Source: Gammaproteobacteria bacterium (GTDB taxonomy: Bacteria > Pseudomonadota > Gammaproteobacteria > DRJJ01). Taken from it: DNA of 32,242 nucleotides. Below the pieces are notes generated by a model that saw nothing but the letters and a program-made list of their open reading frames with translations, was not told the origin of the DNA and searched no databases. This document shows positions 25,284-32,242 of the stretch, one piece after another. The DNA lies in assembly GCA_011052255.1 (NCBI GenBank), contig DRJJ01000157.1, positions 1 through 32,242 of the forward strand. Direction: 5' to 3'. Every line of letters starts with the position of its first letter. Within the stretch, counting starts at the first letter, position 1. The position numbers and the translations under genes were made by a program.

Positions 25284-28208
25284 ATGGCCAGACGTCGTCG
25301 ACCACAAAAGGATACGCGTGCCGACTCAAGGGCAGGCTATCGTCAATTGCCTGATGCGCTTCAGGAGATTGCCGATTCTCGATGGCAGGATCTGTCTGTT
25401 GCGGCGACGGCTGCAAAAATAAACTTACCGAAAGACCCACTCTGGATTGCTGTTTGCAAACAGGTGCTCGCCTGTAGCGAGTTTGTTGCACACAACCTGA
25501 TCAATGAACCCCACTGGCTGGCGCGCCTGCTCGATAGCGGCGACCTGCATACCGATTATCATCCGGCGACGTATATGCACCGGGTCATGTGTTATGTAAA
25601 ACCACTGAAAAAACAGACCGAACTGGCGTGTACCCTGCGACGTTTTCGACGCTATGAGGGCTGCCGTATTGCCTGGCGCGATCTGGCCGGCTGGGCCGAT
25701 CTGAATGAGACCCTGCGTGACTTGTCCTTGCTGGCGGATGCCTGTATTGCCGGCGCGATGTTTAAGCTGGAGGCCTGGCAGGCCAAAGAATGGGGCCAAC
25801 CCAAAATAGCAGATGGCAGCGCGCAGTCCATGATCGTGATAGCGATGGGTAAGCTGGGTGCCTATGAGCTGAACTTTTCATCAGACATTGACCTTATTTT
25901 TGCGTATGCCGAAGACGGCAGGACACGCGATCGCAAAGGGCTGGAGCACGAACAATATTACACCCGTCTGGGTCAGCAGTTGATTGATGTGATTGGCAAG
26001 GAAACAGCGGACGGGTTCGTCTATCGGGTTGATATGCGCTTACGCCCCTATGGTCGCAGTGGCGCGCTGGCATCCAGTTTTGAGGCACTGGAGGATTATT
26101 ATCAGACTCAGGGGCGTGACTGGGAGCGTTACGCCTGGATCAAGGCGCGGCCAGTCTGGGGGCGACAAAATCATCGGCAACAAGTCCTGAAATTATTGCA
26201 GCCTTTTATATACAGACGTTATCTGGATTACGATGCCTTTTCGGCCTTACGTGAAATGAAGGTACAGATCAACCGTGAGGTGACGCGACGAGGCATGCAG
26301 GATAACGTCAAGCTGGGGCCAGGGGGCATACGTGAAATCGAATTTATTGGTCAGGCCTTCCAGCTAATACGAGGTGGGCGTGAACCGGAGTTACGCATCA
26401 GGGGGATACAGCCGGTCTTGAGCAGGCTGGCGCAAGCGGGTTATTTACCGACCGCTGTAGCAGATGATCTGGCCAGTGATTACCGGTTTTTACGCAAGGT
26501 CGAAAATGCCTTGCAAATGGTTGCTGATCAGCAGACCCATGCCTTGCCTGTGGAGCCGCTAGCACGACTGCGCCTGGCCTGTGCAACCGGGTTTTCGAAC
26601 TGGGAGATGCTGGCCGCACAACTTGAAATGGTATGCAATCGCGTACAGGGCTGTTTTGAACATATCATTACGGCTCCCGGGGAAGATGCGGACATGAGCG
26701 ATGTGCCGGACTTGCAAGGACTGGTCGGTGTCTGGCTGCCGGACCTTTCCGAGCAGGAGGTGGTGCAGCGCCTGACCGATGCCGGTTTTAATACTCCACA
26801 AGCGGCCTGGCAAAACCTGCAGGATTTCAGACAGGGTTACGCCTACCGCACCATGGGGCAGCAAGGGCGCGAGCGCATGAACCGGTTGATGCCGCTGCTG
26901 CTGGGTGCGTTGTACTCGGTGGACGATATGGATGTCACGCTGGTCAGGGTCATACACCTGCTGGAGCGGATTGCCGGGCGTACCACTTACCTGAGCCTGC
27001 TGATTGAGAACCCGTTATCGCTGGTGCAGCTGGTGCGCTTGCTGGGTGCCAGTTCCTGGGTGGCTGAGTTGCTGGCCCTGCACCCGGCCTTGCTCGACGA
27101 ACTATACGATCCGGCAGAACTGCGGACCGAGCTCAGACGGGAAGATCTGCTGCAGCAATTATCGGCGCGTATGGCCTACGTAGGCAAAGAAGATCTGGAA
27201 CAGCAAATGGAAGCACTGCATCACTTCAAGGACTCGGTAGTGCTGGGTGTTGCAGCCGCATCAATAACCAATGGCCTGCCAGCCGATGACGTGGGTAAGC
27301 AACTGGCGGATTGTGCCGATGTGTGTCTGGACCAGGCGCTGGCGCTGGTACGCCGATATTTGCTCAAACGACACGGGATGCCTTGCGGGGATAACTGGCC
27401 CGGTTTTGCGGTGGTTGCCTACGGCAAGCTGGGTGGTCGCGAACTCAATTACAGCTCGGATCTTGATCTGGTGTTTTTGCATGGCTGCGAGCAGGAAAGC
27501 GTGATGACGCGCGGGCCTAAAAAAATACCGGCTGATACTTTTTTTGCGCGCTTCGGGCAGCGTTTTATTCATATGCTTAACCAGCCGACCGCTACCGGCA
27601 TTTTATATGAAGTGGATATGCGTTTACGGCCCAGCGGGAATTCCGGCCTGCTGGTACAGTCGCTGGAGTCATTCAGCGAATATCAGCAGCAGGAGGCATG
27701 GGTGTGGGAGCATCAGGCGCTGGTTAAAGCCAGAGCAGTGGCCGGGGATGAAGCAATCTGCCGACGTTTTGAAGAAGTCAGACATAACACCCTCTGCCAG
27801 TCGCGTGATCCACTCAAGTTGCGTAACGAGGTGATTTCGATGCGCAAACGCATGCGCAAGGAGTCACTGAAACATCGTGCGGGACTGTTTGATCTGAAGC
27901 AGGGCACGGGTGGTCTGGTGGATATCGAGTTTATGGTTCAGTACGCCGTGTTGCGTTGTGCGGAACGCTACCCGCAACTGACCTGTCATACCGACAATAT
28001 CGCGCTACTGCATGAGCTGGCCAACAGTGGTCTGATTAAAGCGGCGGTAGCCAACGGCCTGGTTGATGCCTACCGTTATTATCTGCAACGCATACAGTCA
28101 CTGACGCTGGATGGGCAACGGCTGCAGGTCGATGCAGAGCATGATCGGGATGTCAGGAAGTACGTGGCCGGTATCTGGGGTCACTGGTTTGATCTCTACC
28201 TGTGTTGA
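25284..28208 (+). CDS. glnE: Bifunctional glutamine synthetase adenylyltransferase / adenylyl-removing enzyme
   Basis: The ORF is 974 aa with two nucleotidyltransferase modules. The first has AMGKLGAYELNFSSDIDLIFAY...GFVYRVDMRLRPYG...GRDWERYAWIKAR. The second has AYGKLGGRELNYSSDLDLVFLH...LYEVDMRLRPSG. The exact start is not verified. Confidence 0.93.
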   Translation: MARRRRPQKDTRADSRAGYRQLPDALQEIADSRWQDLSVAATAAKINLPKDPLWIAVCKQVLACSEFVAHNLINEPHWLARLLDSGDLHTDYHPATYMHRVMCYVKPLKKQTELACTLRRFRRYEGCRIAWRDLAGWADLNETLRDLSLLADACIAGAMFKLEAWQAKEWGQPKIADGSAQSMIVIAMGKLGAYELNFSSDIDLIFAYAEDGRTRDRKGLEHEQYYTRLGQQLIDVIGKETADGFVYRVDMRLRPYGRSGALASSFEALEDYYQTQGRDWERYAWIKARPVWGRQNHRQQVLKLLQPFIYRRYLDYDAFSALREMKVQINREVTRRGMQDNVKLGPGGIREIEFIGQAFQLIRGGREPELRIRGIQPVLSRLAQAGYLPTAVADDLASDYRFLRKVENALQMVADQQTHALPVEPLARLRLACATGFSNWEMLAAQLEMVCNRVQGCFEHIITAPGEDADMSDVPDLQGLVGVWLPDLSEQEVVQRLTDAGFNTPQAAWQNLQDFRQGYAYRTMGQQGRERMNRLMPLLLGALYSVDDMDVTLVRVIHLLERIAGRTTYLSLLIENPLSLVQLVRLLGASSWVAELLALHPALLDELYDPAELRTELRREDLLQQLSARMAYVGKEDLEQQMEALHHFKDSVVLGVAAASITNGLPADDVGKQLADCADVCLDQALALVRRYLLKRHGMPCGDNWPGFAVVAYGKLGGRELNYSSDLDLVFLHGCEQESVMTRGPKKIPADTFFARFGQRFIHMLNQPTATGILYEVDMRLRPSGNSGLLVQSLESFSEYQQQEAWVWEHQALVKARAVAGDEAICRRFEEVRHNTLCQSRDPLKLRNEVISMRKRMRKESLKHRAGLFDLKQGTGGLVDIEFMVQYAVLRCAERYPQLTCHTDNIALLHELANSGLIKAAVANGLVDAYRYYLQRIQSLTLDGQRLQVDAEHDRDVRKYVAGIWGHWFDLYLC

Positions 28209-28308
28209 ACCCGGGATGCCCCGTTTACGGCCTCAGGGTTAACAGTCCCATGCAAAATCAGCTACAATGGCTGCTCGAATGATTAACTGAACAGGACGAG
28301 GTGTTTGC

Positions 28309-29232
28309 ATGTCAACGATGGCCGACCGCGACGGCGTCATCTGGATGGATGGTGAAATGGTACCCTGGCGTGATGCCAATGTGCATGTGCTGACCCATAC
28401 CCTGCATTACGGTATGGGTGTGTTTGAAGGGGTGCGTGCCTATGAAGCCGAACAGGGCGCAGCTATTTTCCGCATGCGTGAGCACACCAAACGCCTGTTT
28501 AACTCTGCCCATATCGTCAATATGGCCATGCCGTTTGATCAGCAGGAAATCAACCAGGCGATGATCGACTCGGTACGGGAGAATAATCTTACCGCGGCCT
28601 ATTTGCGGCCGATGGTATTTTATGGATCCGAGGGCATGGGCCTGCGTGCGGACAATCTCAAAGTGCATGTCATGATTGCGGCCTGGGAGATGGGTGCCTA
28701 CCTGGGTGCTGAGGGTATTGAAAAAGGCATCCGGGTCAAGACCTCGTCATTCTCCCGGCATCATGTCAATGTCACCATGTGTCGCGCCAAGGCCAATGGT
28801 CATTATATAAATTCGATGATGGCCCTGTCCGAAGCCATGCATGATGGTTATGATGAGGCGCTGTTACTGGATACCTCCGGTTATGTGATGGAAGGTAGTG
28901 GTGAAAATATTTTTCTGGTAAGTGATGGCGTACTGTATACACCGGACCTGACCTCGGCACTGGACGGTATTACCCGTAGAACCATCTTTACGCTGGCGGA
29001 AGATATGGGGCTGAAGATACATGAGCGACGCATTACCCGTGACGAAGTCTATATTGCAGACGAGGCCTTCTTTACCGGCACGGCGGCGGAAGTTACCCCG
29101 ATACGGGAACTTGATGGACGCGTGATTGGTAACGGTGAGCGTGGCCCGATTACCAAACAATTACAGAGTGCCTATTTCGATCAGGTACACGGGCGCAGTG
29201 ACCTGTACCCGGAATGGTTAAGTTATATATAA
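28309..29232 (+). CDS. ilvE: Branched-chain amino acid aminotransferase
   Basis: The 307-aa ORF contains IWMDGEMVPWRDANVHVLTHTLHYGMGVFEGVRAY, AKANGHYINSMMA and EGSGENIF, all class IV aminotransferase motifs. Confidence 0.95.
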   Translation: MSTMADRDGVIWMDGEMVPWRDANVHVLTHTLHYGMGVFEGVRAYEAEQGAAIFRMREHTKRLFNSAHIVNMAMPFDQQEINQAMIDSVRENNLTAAYLRPMVFYGSEGMGLRADNLKVHVMIAAWEMGAYLGAEGIEKGIRVKTSSFSRHHVNVTMCRAKANGHYINSMMALSEAMHDGYDEALLLDTSGYVMEGSGENIFLVSDGVLYTPDLTSALDGITRRTIFTLAEDMGLKIHERRITRDEVYIADEAFFTGTAAEVTPIRELDGRVIGNGERGPITKQLQSAYFDQVHGRSDLYPEWLSYI

Positions 29233-29250
29233 AACAGGTAAGGTATCAGC

Positions 29251-29451
29251 ATGGCACAGGCAGACACACAAGATAAAATCGAACCCAATGCAGAAAACCG
29301 CTACGAGGTGACGCGCAATGACCTGCCGTTGCATTGTCCGATGGACAGCATGAGCCTGTGGAACTCGCATCCTCGTGTGTTCCTGCCAGTCGAAGAGACC
29401 GGCAAGGCGATCTGTCCCTACTGCAGTGCTGAATACGTCCTTAAGGATTAA
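29251..29451 (+). CDS. Small zinc-finger protein (zf-CHCC type)
   Basis: The 66-aa ORF contains LPLHCP...WNSHPRVFLPVEETGKAICPYCSAEYVL, which gives the C-H-C-C ligand pattern. An SD-like AGGTAAGG lies upstream. Confidence 0.7.
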   Translation: MAQADTQDKIEPNAENRYEVTRNDLPLHCPMDSMSLWNSHPRVFLPVEETGKAICPYCSAEYVLKD

Positions 29452-29460
29452 TAACCTCCT

Positions 29461-30360
29461 ATGCCTGTAGTCTGGCGCTATACAGACGGAAAACCCGGGC
29501 ACGAAAATCAAACCTTCGGCCTGATACAGGCCCTGTCTGAACATCTGGATATACAGGTGTGCGAACTTGCACCCCTGTCGCCGATGCAGGCCCTGTGGTC
29601 GTTCATTAGCGGGCGCTACCCGAAACAAACCTCCCTGTCCGATCCCTGGCTGGTGATCGGCGCAGGCCATGCAACGCATTTATCCATACTGGCAGCACGA
29701 CGTGTTACCGGCGCCCGATCGATTGTGCTAATGAAGCCGAGTTTGCCGACGAGCTGGTTTGATCTGTGCATTGTGCCGCAACATGACCGGCCCAGGGAGG
29801 ATTCACACATTCTGTTGACTCGCGGCGTGCTGAATCGCATATCACCTGCAAAACACCGTGAACCGGGCTCAACACTAATAATGGTGGGCGGCCCGTCATC
29901 TCATTACGACTGGCACGATGACAAGATAATCGAACAGATAAAAACCATTGCGGACAAGGCCGGTCATCGATGCACCGTAGCCGGTTCCCGTCGTACACCT
30001 GCCGAGCTGGCAGATAGTCTGTCACGGCTGGGAAATATTGATTGGGTAGCGGCAGAACAAACTGATGCAAACTGGTTGCCTGAACAACTGGATCGAGCCG
30101 AATCGATCTGGATAAGCGAAGACAGTGTATCGATGATTTACGAAGCGCTGAGCGCCGGTACTGCTTGTGGCCTGATCGAAGTAACAAGAAATCAGCCTGA
30201 CCGGATTACAGCGGGCGTAGACCGGTTGGTGGAAGACCGCATGCTGGTAACATACTCGCAATGGCAACAGGGGCAGGCACTTCGTTTGCCGCCCCTGCCA
30301 CTGAATGAAGCCGCACGATGCGCACAATGGGTACTGCAGAAATGGCCGGTAAAAAACTAA
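29461..30360 (+). CDS. ELM1/GtrOC1-family protein (DUF1022; putative LPS-related glycosyl/nucleotidyl transferase)
   Basis: The 299-aa ORF starts VWRYTDGKPGHENQTFGLIQAL, which resembles bacterial ELM1-family proteins. It sits among LPS core genes. The family assignment is from memory and needs an HMM check. Confidence 0.65.
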   Translation: MPVVWRYTDGKPGHENQTFGLIQALSEHLDIQVCELAPLSPMQALWSFISGRYPKQTSLSDPWLVIGAGHATHLSILAARRVTGARSIVLMKPSLPTSWFDLCIVPQHDRPREDSHILLTRGVLNRISPAKHREPGSTLIMVGGPSSHYDWHDDKIIEQIKTIADKAGHRCTVAGSRRTPAELADSLSRLGNIDWVAAEQTDANWLPEQLDRAESIWISEDSVSMIYEALSAGTACGLIEVTRNQPDRITAGVDRLVEDRMLVTYSQWQQGQALRLPPLPLNEAARCAQWVLQKWPVKN

Positions 30361-31487
30361 CCGTCGTACAAATGCTTCCGGCGCTTGAAGGTGGCGGGGT
30401 TGAGCGGGGTACACTCGAGGTGGCCAGGGCCCTGATGCATGCGGGTCATCGTTCTATTGTTATTTCGGCCGGTGGCCGCATGGTTGAACAATTGCTTACC
30501 CAGGGTAGCGAGCATCTATGTCGTGATGTAGGCCACAAGTCTCTGTTCACGGCACGCCACATCTGGTTTTTGCGTCGCTATCTACAAGAGAATCAGGTTG
30601 ATATTCTTCATCTGCGTTCACGGTTGCCGGCATGGATCGGTTATCTGGCATGGAAGGGGATGCCAGTCGGTCAGCGTCCGCACCTGGTGACCACGGTACA
30701 CGGTCTTTATTCTGTCAAGCGTTACAGTGCAATCATGAATTGTGGCGAGAAGGTGATTGCTGTTTCAGAAACAGTGCGTAAATATTTAGTCGCTAACTAT
30801 CCGCGACTGGATCAGAGCCGGGTGGTGGTGATCCCGCGGGGTATTGATGCAGATGCCTTTCCGTATGGATATCAGGCACCGCAGGCGTGGCTGGATTCGT
30901 GGTATCAGGAATACCCGCAATTAAAAAACCAGCAGGTCCTGACCCTGCCTGGCCGCATAACGCGCCTGAAGGGACATCATGATTTTATAGACCTGATAGC
31001 TACGCTACATAAAAGTGGTCAGCGTATCTATGGGATAATAGTGGGCGGTGAAGATAAACGTCGCAAGCGATATGCAGAAGAGGTCGGGCGGCATATTGCC
31101 GACGCAGGACTGAATGATTATATCGTTATGACAGGTGCTCGATTCGATATCAAGGCGATATACTCAGTATCCGATATCGTACTCTCGTTATCCAGTAAGC
31201 CGGAATCGTTCGGGCGCAGTGTTCTTGAAGCACTGAGCCTGGGTCGTCCGGTGGTCGGATACGATTATGGCGGGGCAGGTGAGCTGTTACGGATACTCTA
31301 TCCGCACGGAGGAGTGCCGTCTGGCCAGGCTTCGCTGCTACCGGAAAAGGTAATGGGCATACTGCAGGGTGGTAGTGAACCCGTTGCTGACGGTCATCCA
31401 TACGAACTTTCAGTGATGCTGGATACAACCATTAGTTTGTACGAGTCTCTGTGTGATACAGCGCCTGATGGCTACTCGTCACGCTGA
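30342..31487 (+). CDS. Family 4 (GT-B) glycosyltransferase, probably LPS core biosynthesis
   Basis: MAGKKLTVVQMLPALEGGGVERGTLEVARAL is a typical GT4 N-terminus, and the C-terminal EsFGRsvLEAlslGrPVVG matches the E-x7-E region. The start is ambiguous among 30318, 30327 and 30342. Each choice overlaps the upstream gene end. Confidence 0.8.
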   Translation: MAGKKLTVVQMLPALEGGGVERGTLEVARALMHAGHRSIVISAGGRMVEQLLTQGSEHLCRDVGHKSLFTARHIWFLRRYLQENQVDILHLRSRLPAWIGYLAWKGMPVGQRPHLVTTVHGLYSVKRYSAIMNCGEKVIAVSETVRKYLVANYPRLDQSRVVVIPRGIDADAFPYGYQAPQAWLDSWYQEYPQLKNQQVLTLPGRITRLKGHHDFIDLIATLHKSGQRIYGIIVGGEDKRRKRYAEEVGRHIADAGLNDYIVMTGARFDIKAIYSVSDIVLSLSSKPESFGRSVLEALSLGRPVVGYDYGGAGELLRILYPHGGVPSGQASLLPEKVMGILQGGSEPVADGHPYELSVMLDTTISLYESLCDTAPDGYSSR

Positions 31488-31518
31488 AACGTCAACCATT
31501 CAGAGTGTGGGTATAATA

Positions 31519-32242
31519 ATGCGGTTTATTCGGGATTTAAGAGAAGTGGCAATCAAAATGGAATCCGGACGCCAATACAGTGAGGAATTGCTGATACAGC
31601 CATTACCCGGTATTGGCGACATGATCTGGCACCTGCCGGTTATCCACGCAATCGCAAACACTGTGGCTGGCGGCAAGGTGTGCGTGTTAACCAAGCCACG
31701 AAGTCAGGGAGACCGTTTGCTGTTAACGGATGAAGCGGTGGACAGCGTACTCTGGCTGGAACGTAATCCTGGCAGGCATGATGGCTTTCTGGGTGTATTT
31801 CGTCTTGCGGCAATGCTTCGGCGCTACAGGTTCAAGCGAGTGTGGATTTTACACGGTAGCTGGAGGTACGCATTGGCAGCCTGGCTGGCAGGTATTCCTG
31901 ACCGCCGTGGTTATGGCTGTGGTGCCCAGCGCCGGTTCCTGAATGGCGGGAGCAATTTGTCTTCCTTGCAGTGCAAGGCTCACCCCGTTCATAAGGCAGG
32001 CCAGTTTCTGGCATGTAATGGCATCAGGGATATAGAGCCTGAGCCAAGACTAACAGTAAATAATGATGATGTAGCCAAAGTCGTACAGCGTTACGATTCC
32101 TGTCCGGCACCATGGGTCGCACTGGGTATTGGCAGTAGCGAGCCCTTCAAACAATGGGGTGATGCGTGCTTCTCACTGCTGGCAAATATATTGTCTGAAA
32201 AATATGGCGGCACCATTTTTCTTATGGGTGGCGAGTCTGAAA
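31519..32242 (+). CDS. Family 9 glycosyltransferase (ADP-heptose:LPS heptosyltransferase-like). N-terminal ~241 codons; continues off-window.
   Basis: The frame is open from ATG 31519 to the window end, so it is not in the ORF track. My translation includes LLIQPLPGIGDMIWHLPVIHAIA...RGYG...LGIGSSEPFKQW, which fits the GT9 pattern. An alternative start is at ATG 31559. Confidence 0.78.
   Translation, partial: MRFIRDLREVAIKMESGRQYSEELLIQPLPGIGDMIWHLPVIHAIANTVAGGKVCVLTKPRSQGDRLLLTDEAVDSVLWLERNPGRHDGFLGVFRLAAMLRRYRFKRVWILHGSWRYALAAWLAGIPDRRGYGCGAQRRFLNGGSNLSSLQCKAHPVHKAGQFLACNGIRDIEPEPRLTVNNDDVAKVVQRYDSCPAPWVALGIGSSEPFKQWGDACFSLLANILSEKYGGTIFLMGGESE

Noticed and set aside
24991-25422. 68-aa and 73-aa plus-strand ORFs and a 73-aa minus-strand ORF in the groEL-glnE spacer and glnE 5' end
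   Set aside because: They run through the palindromic elements, so their sequence is dictated by the DNA symmetry. They use non-ATG or context-free starts and have no SD.

Overview
The window looks like a chromosomal segment of a gammaproteobacterium, judged from gene content and order. I found no rRNA, tRNA, CRISPR array, transposase or integrase. Two housekeeping blocks flank an accessory signalling region. Block 1 is on the minus strand: purH (partial), fis, dusB, a zinc-ribbon/DUF3426 protein and prmA (1-4569). It resumes with accC, accB, aroQ, a TlpA-like thioredoxin, dsbD and cutA (16226-22178). Block 2 is on the plus strand: fxsA, groES-groEL (sigma32-type promoter plus a perfect CIRCE operator), glnE, ilvE, a zf-CHCC protein, an ELM1-family protein, a GT4 glycosyltransferase and a partial GT9 heptosyltransferase (22309-32242). 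About 11.6 kb of plus-strand signalling DNA lies between prmA and accC, which are close neighbours in E. coli and Pseudomonas. It contains an AT-rich spacer with a perfect 9-bp x 8.5 tandem repeat, an intact methyl-accepting chemotaxis protein, and a heavily decayed cheV pseudogene that the ORF track misses. It also contains a tightly packed, visibly AT-richer five-gene operon (8221-16223). That operon encodes an excisionase-type HTH + receiver protein, a soluble Hpt-REC-REC-PAS-PAS-HisKA-HATPase-REC kinase, a PhnD-family lipoprotein binding protein with no transporter partners, a translationally coupled membrane PAS-PAS kinase, and a REC-HD-GYP c-di-GMP phosphodiesterase. I consider this operon the best candidate for an undescribed system: a binding-protein-dependent, two-kinase branched phosphorelay with transcriptional and c-di-GMP outputs. 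Other points worth a second look are DsbD with a tandemly duplicated N-terminal redox domain, two long imperfect palindromes between groEL and glnE, and convergent stop codons only 2 bp apart at the operon/accC junction. All domain calls come from motif recognition by eye, and no database search was run.
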